From an uncultured Candidatus Saccharimonadales bacterium (GTDB lineage: Bacteria > Patescibacteriota > Saccharimonadia > UBA4664), in contig CAZSRA010000004.1 in NCBI GenBank assembly GCA_964609585.1, positions 27,417-91,416 of the forward strand: a stretch of DNA of 64,000 bases. Reading direction: 5' to 3'. How positions within the stretch are numbered: position 1 is the stretch's first letter; every line of letters begins with the position of its first letter. The notes beneath the pieces are model-generated. The model did no database searches and was not told the DNA's origin. It saw only the letters and a program-made list of their open reading frames with translations. Shown here one piece after another: positions 1 to 9,870 of the stretch. A program made the position numbers and the translations under genes.

Positions 1-241
1 GGCCGCGACACACCAGCTTTTGAAGGAGCACGTGAACCAGGTGTTGGCACTTTTGACGCCGCGCGAACAGAAGATTTTGCGCATGCGGTTTGGTCTGGAA
101 GACGGGCGCTCGCACACACTTGAAGAAGTAGGCCAGGAGTTTGGCGTGACGCGCGAGCGAATTCGCCAGATTGAGGCGAAGGCTTTGGCGAAGCTGCGGA
201 AACACCGTGAGAGTAAGAAGTTGCGAGATTATTTGCGGTAG
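1..241 (+). CDS. rpoD: RNA polymerase primary sigma factor, C-terminal fragment (5' end outside window)
   Basis: Sigma70 region 4 sequence [15 protein letters not shown]...[24 protein letters not shown]. Confidence 0.93.
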   Translation, partial: AATHQLLKEHVNQVLALLTPREQKILRMRFGLEDGRSHTLEEVGQEFGVTRERIRQIEAKALAKLRKHRESKKLRDYLR

Positions 242-285
242 TTTGTGCAAGGTGAGATGGGGTTCAATCGGGTATACTGAAAAAC

Positions 286-3078
286 ATGAAGAAGCCTATT
301 TTAGTCTTGGTTGATGGTTCGGCGGTGTTTCACCGCGGGTATCACGCGCTGCCGCCGCTTTCGACGCGGGAGGGGATTCCGACGAACGCGGTGCTGGGTT
401 TTGCCAACATTATCTTTAAGGTAATGGAGTCGCTGAAGCCGACATACGTAGTGGTGGCGTGGGATAAATCGAGCAAGACGTTTCGCAAGGAAATGTATGC
501 TGAGTATAAGGCGACGCGCACAAAGCAGCCGGATGATCTCTATGCGCAGATTCCGCACACGCGCGAGCTGGTGGAGGCGCTGAATTTGCCGTGGGTGGAG
601 CTGGAAAACTACGAGGCGGATGACATTATTGGGACGTTTGCACGGCAGGCAGAAGAGCGTGGCGACGTGGATATTGTGATCGCCACGGGCGATAAAGATC
701 AGCTACAGTTGATTGATAAAAGCACAGTGGTGGACATGTTTAATCCGCGGGGACTTGAGCCGACGCGGTACGACCTCGCCAAAATGCAGGAGCGGTACGG
801 GCTGACGCCGACGCAATTTATTGATTATAAGGCGCTGGTGGGGGATACGAGCGATAATATTCCGGGTGTGAAGGGGATTGGCGATAAGGGGGCGATTAAG
901 CTGCTGGCGGAGTATGGGTCGCTGGACGGGATTTATGAGCACGTAGACGAGATTAAGGGCAGTGTGGGTGAGAAACTGCGGGCCGAGAAGGATATGGCTT
1001 ATTTGAGCCATAAACTGAGCGTGATTGTGTGCGACGCGCCGGTGACATTGGATCTAGAGGCGGCGAAATTGCGACCGCACGATTATGGGCATTTGAAGGA
1101 GCTGTTTCGGAAGCTGGAATTTCGGAGCTTGATGGCGAAATTGCCGGTGCTGGAGGCTGTAGAGTCGGGGAAGGCGCCGGGTGGGGCGGCTTCGGCCACG
1201 GGGACATTGAGCTTGTTTGGCGAAGACACGGGCGAGTCGGCCAAAAAAGACCGCGAGCATCTGAAAACGGCGAAGTACTACACGGTGGAGACGACGGAGG
1301 CGCTGGAGAAGCTGGCACGGGAGTTGGAGCAGCAGGAGGTGTTTGCGTTTGATACGGAGACGACGGGCGTGGACACGTTGGCGGCGGATTTGGTGGGGAT
1401 TTCTGTGGCTTTTCGTGAGGGCGAAGCGTACTACATTCCCGTGGGGCATACGCAGGGTACGCAGCTCAAGCATGATGAGGTGCTGGCGCGGCTGAAGCCG
1501 ATTTGGGAGAATCCGAAGATTGGCAAGGTGGGGCACAACCTTAAATTTGACTACGAGATGCTGCGTAAATATGGGGTGAAAACGGCCAATATTGCGTTTG
1601 ATACGATGATTGCGGGCTTTTTGCTGAACTCAGCTGGCCGGTCGCAGTCGCTCGACGATATGGCATACGCGGAGCTGGGGATCGAGATGATTCCGATTTC
1701 GGAGATGATTGGCGCGGATAAAAAGTCGCAGGTGACGTTTGATACGACGTTGATTGAGGATGCCACGACCTATGCGGCGGAGGATGCCGATATGAGCTGG
1801 CGGCTGTATGTAAAGCTGCGGGAGCGGTTGCATCAGAATTCGAAGCTCAATGAGTATGGCTGGAGTATGGAGCGGCTGGCTACGGAGGTGGAGTGGCCGA
1901 TTGTGGGGATTTTGGCTGAGATGGAGCTCAAAGGTATTGAGCTGGACGTGCCGTTTCTCGCGGCCTTTGGGAAGCGATTGAGTGAGCGGATTGGGGAGCT
2001 CAAGGGCAAAATTTATGATCTGGCCGGCGAGGAGTTTAACCTTGGTTCGCCGGCGCAGATGGGACAGATTTTGTATGGTCGATTGGGGCTGACGGCGATT
2101 GGCATTAAGAAGGGTAAAACGGGTCTGAGTACGGCGGCGGCAGAGCTGGAAAAGATGAAGGATGCGCATCCGATTGTGCCGCTCATTATGGAATTTCGGG
2201 AAATGGATAAGCTCATGAGCACGTATGTGCTAGCGTTGCCGGACCAGGTGGCGGCGGACGGGCGGGTGCATACGAACTTTTCGCAGGCGATCGTGCCGAG
2301 TGGGCGGCTGAGCTCAAATAACCCGAATTTACAGAATATTCCGGTGCGTACGGAGCTTGGTCGGGAGATCCGGACCGCATTTGTGGCGCCGAAGGGCAGG
2401 GTGCTTGTAAGCGCGGATTATTCGCAGATTGAGCTGCGAGTGGCGGCAGCGATGGCTGGTGACGAGGACATGATGCAGACGTTTCGCGACGGGCTGGATC
2501 TCCACCAGCAGACGGCGGCGGAATTGTATGATGTGCCACTTGAGGAGGTGACGAAGGAGATGCGCAGTGCGTCGAAGACGATTAACTTTGGCGTGCTGTA
2601 TGGGATGAGTGCGCATGGCTTGAGTGTGGCCACGGGTATGGACCTGAAGCAGGCAAATGAATTTATTGAGCGATATTTTGAGGTGCGGCCGAAGCTGAAA
2701 GAGTTTATAGAAAAAACGAAGAAGATGGCGTATGACGAGCAGTATACGGCCACGATTTTTGATCGACGTCGGCCGTGCCCGGAGATTCGCACGAATAATT
2801 TTCATATAAAGCAGGCGGCGGAGCGGGTGGCGGTGAACGTGCCGATTCAAGGGACGGCGGCGGACATTTATAAACTGGCGATGATTGCACTGGTGAAGCG
2901 GCTGGATGATGATTGCCAGATGTTGCTGCAGATTCACGACGAGCTGATCGTGGAGGCGCCGGCGGAAAAAGGCGAGGCGGTGGCGGCGCTGATGAAAGAG
3001 GCTATGGAAGGCGTGATAGATCTGGGCGTGCCATTGGTGGTAGATACGGCTGTGGGGGTGAACTGGGGAGAATTATGA
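286..3078 (+). CDS. polA: DNA polymerase I
   Basis: 5'-3' exo (LVDGS, EADDIIG, GDTSDNIPGV), intact 3'-5' exo motifs (DTETT, HNLKFD, YAAED), polymerase motifs DYSQIELR, KTINFGVLYG, QIHDEL. Confidence 0.98.
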   Translation: MKKPILVLVDGSAVFHRGYHALPPLSTREGIPTNAVLGFANIIFKVMESLKPTYVVVAWDKSSKTFRKEMYAEYKATRTKQPDDLYAQIPHTRELVEALNLPWVELENYEADDIIGTFARQAEERGDVDIVIATGDKDQLQLIDKSTVVDMFNPRGLEPTRYDLAKMQERYGLTPTQFIDYKALVGDTSDNIPGVKGIGDKGAIKLLAEYGSLDGIYEHVDEIKGSVGEKLRAEKDMAYLSHKLSVIVCDAPVTLDLEAAKLRPHDYGHLKELFRKLEFRSLMAKLPVLEAVESGKAPGGAASATGTLSLFGEDTGESAKKDREHLKTAKYYTVETTEALEKLARELEQQEVFAFDTETTGVDTLAADLVGISVAFREGEAYYIPVGHTQGTQLKHDEVLARLKPIWENPKIGKVGHNLKFDYEMLRKYGVKTANIAFDTMIAGFLLNSAGRSQSLDDMAYAELGIEMIPISEMIGADKKSQVTFDTTLIEDATTYAAEDADMSWRLYVKLRERLHQNSKLNEYGWSMERLATEVEWPIVGILAEMELKGIELDVPFLAAFGKRLSERIGELKGKIYDLAGEEFNLGSPAQMGQILYGRLGLTAIGIKKGKTGLSTAAAELEKMKDAHPIVPLIMEFREMDKLMSTYVLALPDQVAADGRVHTNFSQAIVPSGRLSSNNPNLQNIPVRTELGREIRTAFVAPKGRVLVSADYSQIELRVAAAMAGDEDMMQTFRDGLDLHQQTAAELYDVPLEEVTKEMRSASKTINFGVLYGMSAHGLSVATGMDLKQANEFIERYFEVRPKLKEFIEKTKKMAYDEQYTATIFDRRRPCPEIRTNNFHIKQAAERVAVNVPIQGTAADIYKLAMIALVKRLDDDCQMLLQIHDELIVEAPAEKGEAVAALMKEAMEGVIDLGVPLVVDTAVGVNWGEL

Positions 3079-3563
3079 GCGGGACAGCATCGGCGCAGGA
3101 CCAGCTTCTGCCCGCAACTTGTGAGGCTATTGTGGCGGCGGTGCAGGCAGTGGTGGCGGCTGAGCCGATGAAAAATATACAGGCGGTCGTATTGCCGAAT
3201 GGTACGGCCGTAGGCCAACAACTGGTGATTGATGCTACAGGGAAGGACGGCCGAGTAAATCGGTGTCGGTTGTCGATGTTGAATCCAGATATGGCGCCAG
3301 CGAGAGAAGTGGTGAGGATGGAATTTGAACACGATAAGGACGGTAAATTTGGTGTGCACCGGGTGTACTCAGTGCAAAGCGTGCGGCGGGTCAATTTGGA
3401 TTTAGTGCTACTTGAGAACTTTATGGCAGATAGCCCGGAGACAGTACGCGAGGAAGATTTTCGGCCGATTTTATCCGAGGCATATGTGCGAAAGACTGTT
3501 TTGAAGGCAGTGGAAGATTGGAGTAACTACCGGGCGTGGCAGCGCCAGCAAGGCGGGAAATAA
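3075..3563 (+). CDS. Hypothetical protein (162 aa)
   Basis: ATG overlaps polA stop (ATGA at 3075-3078) and its TAA overlaps mutM ATG (TAATG at 3561-3565); fills the gap exactly. Confidence 0.7.
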   Translation: MSGTASAQDQLLPATCEAIVAAVQAVVAAEPMKNIQAVVLPNGTAVGQQLVIDATGKDGRVNRCRLSMLNPDMAPAREVVRMEFEHDKDGKFGVHRVYSVQSVRRVNLDLVLLENFMADSPETVREEDFRPILSEAYVRKTVLKAVEDWSNYRAWQRQQGGK

Positions 3564-4435
3564 TGCCGGAAGGTCCGGAAGTAGAGACGATTCGAAGGGG
3601 GCTGGAAGAGCAGATTGTGGGCCAGGGGGTAGCTGGGGTTCGCGTTTTGTGGGAAAAGAGCTTTCAGGCGAGCACAGATGAGATTTCGAAGCTGGTGGTC
3701 GGGGCTCGTATAGCTCGGGTTCTGCGGCGTGCGAAGGTGCTTATTATTGAGCTGGATAATGAGTTTTCTTTGCTGTTTCATTTGAAGATGACGGGACAAA
3801 TGGTAATGGTGAAGGCGGACGGGGAACGATACGCAGGTGGGCATCCAAGCGATAGTATGGCTCTGGCGCTACCGGACAAAAGTACGCGTGTGGTGTTTGA
3901 ATTTGATTCGGGCGACAAGCTATATTTTAATGATCAGCGCAAGTTTGGCTGGGTGAAGCTGGTGCGCTCGGATGAGGTGGGTCTTGATGCATTGATTGCG
4001 AGACTAGGGCCGGAGGCATTGTCGGCGGAGTTTAGTGTGGAGTATTTGGCGGGGCAGCTGGCGCGACACGCGAAAGCGCCAGTGAAGGCGGTGATTTTGG
4101 ACCAGTCAACGCTCGGTGGAGTAGGTAATATTTACGCCGATGAATCGTTGCATTTGGCCAGGATTCATCCAGCTAGGCAGGCTGGAATTTTGACGCCGGA
4201 GGAAGTGAAGCGGCTTTGGAGCGCGGTGCGGGATATAATAGCGGCGGGAATTGAGCATGGCGGGACAAGTTTTGCGCATTATGTGAATTCGTTGGGCGGT
4301 AAGGGTGATTATTTGACCCAGGCGAGAGTGTTTCGACGCGAAGGCCAGCCGTGCCAAGTGTGCGGGACGACGATCGAGAAGATTCGAGTGGCGGGGCGGG
4401 GTACGCATATTTGCCCGAAGTGCCAGGTCTTATGA
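3563..4435 (+). CDS. mutM: Formamidopyrimidine-DNA glycosylase (Fpg)
   Basis: N-terminal MPEGPEVET, HLKMTG, GVGNIYADE H2TH motif, C-terminal zinc finger CQVC...CPKCQ. Confidence 0.97.
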   Translation: MPEGPEVETIRRGLEEQIVGQGVAGVRVLWEKSFQASTDEISKLVVGARIARVLRRAKVLIIELDNEFSLLFHLKMTGQMVMVKADGERYAGGHPSDSMALALPDKSTRVVFEFDSGDKLYFNDQRKFGWVKLVRSDEVGLDALIARLGPEALSAEFSVEYLAGQLARHAKAPVKAVILDQSTLGGVGNIYADESLHLARIHPARQAGILTPEEVKRLWSAVRDIIAAGIEHGGTSFAHYVNSLGGKGDYLTQARVFRREGQPCQVCGTTIEKIRVAGRGTHICPKCQVL

Positions 4436-5370
4436 CGATATTTTTTTACGGACCAAATACCTTTGAACTTCGCCGTCAGCTGCAAGAAATGATGACAACG
4501 TATGTAAAAAAGGCGGGGTCGGATTTTGGTTTGGAGAGAGTTGATGGGGGTAGTGTGCGTTCCCATGAGCTTCGGGCTGCGTTGCAGGCAGTACCGTTTT
4601 TGGCAAATTCGAGGCTCGTGATCGTGGAGGGGCTGGCGCTGAATAAGGGAGTTTCGGATAAGCTTGAAGCGATTATGGCTGAGGTACCGGTATCCACAGT
4701 GGTAGTGTTCGTGGACCGGGAAGTAGACCAGCGTACGAGTGTTTTTAAACAACTGGCTAAGGCGGATAAGGTGGTGAAATTTGAGCCACTGTCGGGGCCA
4801 AAGCTTTTAAGCTGGGTGAAGGCAGAGATTGAGAAATTGGGTGGCGCAGCAGCGCCGCTTACCGTGCGGGAACTGGTAGAGGTGGCTGGTGAGGATCAGT
4901 GGCGGCTTTCGGGCGAGATTAATAAGCTGGTGAATTTTAACCCTGAAGTGACCATAGAAGTGGTGCGAGAAATGGTAACACCGAGCGTAGAGCAATCGAT
5001 TTTTGAGCTTGTTGAGGCTATGACAGCTGGACGGGCGGATGTGGCTCTGGCAGGATATCATCGTTTGCTTGTTCGTAGGGAGAGTGAGATTTATATTTTG
5101 ACCATGGTGCAGTGGCAATTGCGAAATTTGCTTTTGGCGAAAGCAGCGCCCGGGAATATGAGTCCGCCGGAGCTTGCAAAAGCGGCTGGGATGAGTCCAT
5201 ATGTGGCCGGGAAGATGGCGACTGCTCAGGGTCGATTGCACGAGGAGGTTCTAACAGAAGCTTATGCAGCGGCGGCGGACTGCGAGTACGACATCAAGAC
5301 CGGTAGACTTAAAGCGGAAGTGGCGGTGGAGCAATTGATTTATCGTGTAGGGATGATGGCGAAGGTTTAA
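4432..5370 (+). CDS. holA: DNA polymerase III delta subunit
   Basis: MTIFFYGPNTF start, PFLANSRLVIV, EINKL, IFELVEA, DIKTG pattern; ATGA overlap with mutM. Confidence 0.88.
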   Translation: MTIFFYGPNTFELRRQLQEMMTTYVKKAGSDFGLERVDGGSVRSHELRAALQAVPFLANSRLVIVEGLALNKGVSDKLEAIMAEVPVSTVVVFVDREVDQRTSVFKQLAKADKVVKFEPLSGPKLLSWVKAEIEKLGGAAAPLTVRELVEVAGEDQWRLSGEINKLVNFNPEVTIEVVREMVTPSVEQSIFELVEAMTAGRADVALAGYHRLLVRRESEIYILTMVQWQLRNLLLAKAAPGNMSPPELAKAAGMSPYVAGKMATAQGRLHEEVLTEAYAAAADCEYDIKTGRLKAEVAVEQLIYRVGMMAKV

Positions 5371-5579
5371 TAGCCGGCTTCGTAGTCGGCTTGTTTGATG
5401 TCTTCAAGTAGTGTCTCCATATCGCTAAGGAGTGTGGTGAGTTCTTGGAGCTCGCCTTTGGCTAGCCATGCATTGCCGGGCGTGGTGGCAAAGTCTCGCA
5501 GGTTGGCGGTGCGCGTGACGATGTCTTCGGCTAGTTCGAGAAGATGGGCGCGCAAAGGGTCGGATGGAGTTTTTGCCAT
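5367..5579 (-). CDS. Small hypothetical helical protein (70 aa)
   Basis: ATG ORF with GATATACT -10-like box just upstream; fills gap convergent with holA. Confidence 0.6.
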   Translation of the reverse strand: MAKTPSDPLRAHLLELAEDIVTRTANLRDFATTPGNAWLAKGELQELTTLLSDMETLLEDIKQADYEAGY

Positions 5580-5611
5580 GGGCTTAGTATATCAGTTCGG
5601 GTGGTTTGTGA

Positions 5612-6379
5612 TCAGCAATCGATTCTGGCAATAACGGCTTTGTGGTCGGAAACGAGCTGGTCATTTACTTCAATATGGCGAACCTTGAGATTGGGACTGG
5701 CAAAGAGGTAGTCGCAAATAATGCCCTGAACGTAGTGTGCGCTCGACAGTGTAGTGGTGGCTCCGGTGGCTGAGACGAGGTTGTACAAATCGGTGGTTTG
5801 CTGGAAAGCCTGAATGGCAGGACTGCCTGGCGAAAGGTTGAAGTCGCCACCAACGATGACGGGGCCTTCCAGGGCTTTGATATAGCTTGCAACTTCTTGG
5901 AGGCGTTCGGCTGAGGCTTCGTTGCCGCGAGGTTGATTAACCCAATGTCCATGGTGGTTGATGAGATTTAAGGTAGTGCCGTGGCTTGTAATGCTGACAT
6001 GCTGGAAGTTGCGAGTGAGGTTGCTATCGAAGCTTTCAAGTGAGGCTGGATTATCAAGATGGAGCGGTCCAGGGCCACCGGTATAGTGAGTGGAGGTGTG
6101 ATTAAATCGGTGTTTTGAGAAAATAGCGTTTCCATAACTAAGCTGGTGGCCGAACACATTGAAACTACAGCAGGGAGAGAAAAACACATGGTTGAAGTGG
6201 TTTTGAGTGCTGATGAGCTCTAGAGTGCGGAATTGTTTCCAGGGTGAATAGGGGCTGATATGCTCCGGATAGGTAAAGACCTCCTGGGTGAAGATAACAT
6301 CAGGGTTTTCTTGGTCGATGAGTTTTAGCAGGGAGTTTAGCAGGTGGCCTTGCCAAACGTTTACTTGCATTATTTTCAT
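5612..6379 (-). CDS. Endonuclease/exonuclease/phosphatase (EEP) family protein
   Basis: MKIMQVNV, PDVIFTQEV, GNAIFSK, GGDFN, DYLF, SDH motifs. Confidence 0.9.
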   Translation of the reverse strand: MKIMQVNVWQGHLLNSLLKLIDQENPDVIFTQEVFTYPEHISPYSPWKQFRTLELISTQNHFNHVFFSPCCSFNVFGHQLSYGNAIFSKHRFNHTSTHYTGGPGPLHLDNPASLESFDSNLTRNFQHVSITSHGTTLNLINHHGHWVNQPRGNEASAERLQEVASYIKALEGPVIVGGDFNLSPGSPAIQAFQQTTDLYNLVSATGATTTLSSAHYVQGIICDYLFASPNLKVRHIEVNDQLVSDHKAVIARIDC

Positions 6380-6383
6380 AGGA

Positions 6384-6989
6384 TCACACTGGTCCTATGG
6401 CTGACTTGGTGGCGGAGGCGGCAGTATAGGTTTTGGATTGCTTAAGCTTGCTGTAGTTGCCGAAGACTTCGGTGAGATGACGCTTCATGTAATCTTTGAG
6501 GCCGGAGATAGTAACGATATAGAGCCTGCCGCCGGGATTTAGGCTGGCATAGGCGTCGGCCAGGAAGATTTCAAGCAGCTCAGAGCCGATTTTGGCAGGG
6601 ACGTTAGAGACGATGAGGTCGAATTTTTGGCCCGCGGGTATGTCGCTGAGCCCATTTGAAAGGTAGGCTTGGGTGTTGGTGAGATGGTTGATTTGGGCAT
6701 TTTTGCGGGCGAAGTTTATGGCTACAAAGTCTTTGTCTATGAGATGAACGATGCCTGCCGGAGCAAGCTTGGCCAAAGCGAGGCCAAGCGGTCCGTAGCC
6801 GCAGCCTAAATCGAGAATATGGGCGTTTGGAGCGACTTCGATATGGTCGAGTAGGAGACGGGTTCCTTCATCGATTTGCTTGGGGCTAAAGAGCCCCCAC
6901 GTGGAATGAAAGGTGAGGTTTTGACCGCGAAGATTGGTTTGAAAGATGATATCGGCTTTGAGTTCTGGGATGGTCACGTATGACTCCAT
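6384..6989 (-). CDS. Small class I SAM methyltransferase (RsmC/MTS-like)
   Basis: GLFSPKQIDEGTRLL, LDLGCGYG, FDLIVSNVP; start placed at ATG 6989. Confidence 0.88.
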   Translation of the reverse strand: MESYVTIPELKADIIFQTNLRGQNLTFHSTWGLFSPKQIDEGTRLLLDHIEVAPNAHILDLGCGYGPLGLALAKLAPAGIVHLIDKDFVAINFARKNAQINHLTNTQAYLSNGLSDIPAGQKFDLIVSNVPAKIGSELLEIFLADAYASLNPGGRLYIVTISGLKDYMKRHLTEVFGNYSKLKQSKTYTAASATKSAIGPV

Positions 6990-7029
6990 GACATAAAAAT
7001 GGGGCCTTGGTGGCCCCATTTAGTTGAGA

Positions 7030-7461
7030 TTATTTCTCGGATTTTTCAGTGGTCTTTTTGGGGGTGGCTTTTTTGGCAACTGGTTTTTTGGCGGTTGTAG
7101 CTTTGGGGGTTGCCGCTTTTTTGGTGGCGGTTTTGGTGGTAGCAGCTTTCTTGCCGGCGCCTTTGGTGGTTTTGGTTTCGGCAGGAACGGTTTCAGTACC
7201 CGTAGCTTTAGCGACAGCATGAGCTAGCGCGCTTTTGCGGCGAGCGGCAGTATTTTTGTGCAACGTGTGCTTTTTAACGGCACGATCAATTTCGGAGTAT
7301 GCCTCGCTCAATTTTGTTTGAGTAAGTTTGGCGTCGCCGGTAGTGAGGGCATTGTGTAATGCCGTAATGTCTTGCTTGATAGCCCGCTTGACTTGCAGGT
7401 TGCGGCTACGACGAACGAGAGTCTGCTTTGCGCGCTTGATGGCTGATTTAATGATGGGCAT
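7030..7461 (-). CDS. rpsT: 30S ribosomal protein S20 with Lys/Ala/Thr-rich C-terminal tail
   Basis: MPIIKSAIKRAKQT...IDRAVKKHTLHKNTAARRKS. Confidence 0.95.
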   Translation of the reverse strand: MPIIKSAIKRAKQTLVRRSRNLQVKRAIKQDITALHNALTTGDAKLTQTKLSEAYSEIDRAVKKHTLHKNTAARRKSALAHAVAKATGTETVPAETKTTKGAGKKAATTKTATKKAATPKATTAKKPVAKKATPKKTTEKSEK

Positions 7462-7587
7462 GAAAGTTCCTAAAGTACCAAGGGAATATACTTGATTTTG
7501 AGGCAATTGTAAAGGTGGCTTTGGTCGAAGAGGATAGCCGTAAGCGGTTCTATTGACAAATAGCCTTAAATGAGGTAGATTATAGCA

Positions 7588-8850
7588 ATGGATTTAACTC
7601 CCAAACAGCAGACTTCTGAAGCGATTCGGCAAGCAGAATCGATCTTGATTCTGACGGGCCAACACCCTTCGGTTGACCAGGCGTCGGCCGTGGCAGCACT
7701 GGCGGCGATTTTGCGCAAGTTTGGTAAAAAGGTGAGTGCAGTGGTGAGCGATAACCCGCCAGCGGCGGTGCAATCGCTCGATCCGCATGCATTTGAGCGT
7801 GGGCTAGGTGGTTCGCGCGATTTTGTGCTGAAGGTGGATACCACGAAGGTCGAGGTTGATAAGCTCCGGTACGAGGCGGAAGGTGGCAAGCTCAATATCT
7901 ATTTGACGCCTTTTAAAGGTGGATTTGCTCCAAGTGATGTGACGTTTGGGTACGGCGCTTTTCATTATGATTTGGCGATCGTGCTTGGCGTGCCGACACG
8001 GGCGAGGATTGATCGGATTTATGAGCAGAACTTGGCTTCATTTGAGACGATTCCGATGGTGAATTTGGACTTTCACCGGTCGAATGAGAATTATGGCGCG
8101 GTGAATTTGATTGAGCCGAGTGCGTCGAGTTTGTGCGAGATGCTAGTAGCTTTGAGCGAGAGCTTGCAGAGCGGGATTATTGACGCGGAAATTGCGACGG
8201 CACTTTTGATGGGGATTGTGGCTTCGACAGACCGGTTTACCGCGACGCACACAAGCCCGAAGAGCCTAACGGTAGCGGCGCAGATGATGGCGGCAGGAGC
8301 TAGGCAACAAACCGTGGTACGGGCATTGTACCGCGAGGGTAAGGGAGAGTCGCGAGGGGAGCGTGGTGGCGACCGTGAACGTGGCGGGGAGCGTTCAGGC
8401 GACCGTGAACGTAGCGGTCAGGGTCAGCGTAATGCGGCGGCTCAGTCGCCTGTGGTACCGGCTCCGACGTCTGCTGCGGTCCGCGAACCGGCTGCTCAGC
8501 CTACCCCTGTGGTCCAGCCGACTCCTGCGGCTCCTGCTCCTGTTTCTGTGCCTGAACCGCCAGTAGTTGCGCCTGCGCCAGCTGCTGCGCCTGAGATGTC
8601 GACGCCTGCGACCTCGGTAGAGACTGCTCAGCCTGTGGCTCAAGAGCAAACGCGGCTCATGCAAGACGACGGTGCCATTATTCAGCCAGCTCATATAGAA
8701 ATGAGCGTACCAGAAGCAGTCCAGCCAGCTCAGATGGCGGCACCTCAGCCGCAGCTTGCCCCGGAGCGGCCCCAGGCTATGCCGGTAGCGGATTTTGCTG
8801 CGGCAGCCGAGATGTTTAATCGAGAACCGGTTGCAGACGACGCAAAATAG
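7588..8850 (+). CDS. DHH/NrnA-like phosphoesterase-fold protein with degenerate motifs and Pro/Ala-rich tail
   Basis: ILILTGQHPSVD, NLDFHRSNENYG, ASSLCE, IATALLMGIVASTDRF follow the DHH motif layout; upstream TTGACA at 7553. Confidence 0.75.
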   Translation: MDLTPKQQTSEAIRQAESILILTGQHPSVDQASAVAALAAILRKFGKKVSAVVSDNPPAAVQSLDPHAFERGLGGSRDFVLKVDTTKVEVDKLRYEAEGGKLNIYLTPFKGGFAPSDVTFGYGAFHYDLAIVLGVPTRARIDRIYEQNLASFETIPMVNLDFHRSNENYGAVNLIEPSASSLCEMLVALSESLQSGIIDAEIATALLMGIVASTDRFTATHTSPKSLTVAAQMMAAGARQQTVVRALYREGKGESRGERGGDRERGGERSGDRERSGQGQRNAAAQSPVVPAPTSAAVREPAAQPTPVVQPTPAAPAPVSVPEPPVVAPAPAAAPEMSTPATSVETAQPVAQEQTRLMQDDGAIIQPAHIEMSVPEAVQPAQMAAPQPQLAPERPQAMPVADFAAAAEMFNREPVADDAK

Positions 8851-8872
8851 GCTGACTGGTGAGGCCATTTTT

Positions 8873-9538
8873 ATGAACGGTCTTTTGTTGGTGAATAAGC
8901 CGGTGGGTATGAGCTCATTTGACGTGATTCGGCGGCTGCGGCGGCAAACGGGGGTGCGTAAGATTGGGCATGCAGGCACCTTGGACCCACTCGCGAGTGG
9001 ACTCATGTTGATGTTGTTTGGGACGGCGTGCAAAAAAGCAGAGCTACTAACTAAATTTGATAAACGCTATGAAGCGAAGATTCGCCTGGGTGCTAATAGT
9101 ACAACCGGGGATGCGGAGGGGGAGAAACTGCTGGTGAGTGAGCGGGTACCGACACTGGGCGAGGTTGAAGCGGCGCTTGCTCGGCTCACGGGTGAGGTTA
9201 CGCAGGTGCCGAGTATGTATTCGGCCATTAAGATTAACGGCAAGGAAGCATATAAGCGAGCGCGAGCAGGTGAGGCTGTTGAGATGCCGAGTCGGGTAGT
9301 GACGGTGTATGAGAATGTGATGCAGAACTATGAATATCCGGTTATCAGGCTAAATTCGAAGGTATCGAGCGGGACGTATATTCGGAGTTTGGCTCAGGAT
9401 CTGGGCGAACTTTTGGGGACGGGGGCGTATTTGGACGGTTTGGTGCGGACGGAGGTGGGGGATTATCGACTGGAGAATGCGATGGAGTTGGACGGCGCGG
9501 ATGGTGAAAATGTGGAAAAAGCCTTGCTCGATGTGTGA
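8873..9538 (+). CDS. truB: tRNA pseudouridine(55) synthase
   Basis: NKPVGMSSFD, KIGHAGTLDPLASG, YSAIKING, SSGTYIRSLA. Confidence 0.97.
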   Translation: MNGLLLVNKPVGMSSFDVIRRLRRQTGVRKIGHAGTLDPLASGLMLMLFGTACKKAELLTKFDKRYEAKIRLGANSTTGDAEGEKLLVSERVPTLGEVEAALARLTGEVTQVPSMYSAIKINGKEAYKRARAGEAVEMPSRVVTVYENVMQNYEYPVIRLNSKVSSGTYIRSLAQDLGELLGTGAYLDGLVRTEVGDYRLENAMELDGADGENVEKALLDV

Positions 9539-9577
9539 TTTGGAGTATCCTCATTTGTGGTGCCCACAATACGTCTC

Positions 9578-9606
9578 TTGACTTTTATAAATTAATATAG
9601 TAAAAT
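9578..9606 (+). promoter_or_regulatory. Sigma70-type promoter for the DUF5999 unit
   Basis: TTGACT-17 bp-TAAAAT in an AT-rich patch. Confidence 0.75.
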
Positions 9607-9870
9607 ATATAACGATCGATTCACGATTGGGCTTGCCTTAGGCGAGAACAGCCGTGAGACGACCGCGCCCGCACGGAGCTCCAGTCCCCGCCAACCCGTG
9701 TGGCCGCCTTGTACCTGTCTTTTATGCATAACGTGAGTTCTTGGACTGAGGCCGCTCTGGTTGACTTCAGTGAACTTACTTGTACGTTAGTTCAAAGGTC
9801 GGCGAGAATCCTCTCGTTTGATCAAGCCCCTATCTTGAGCTAGTGCCACTAGTTTCGGGAAGGACGCACC

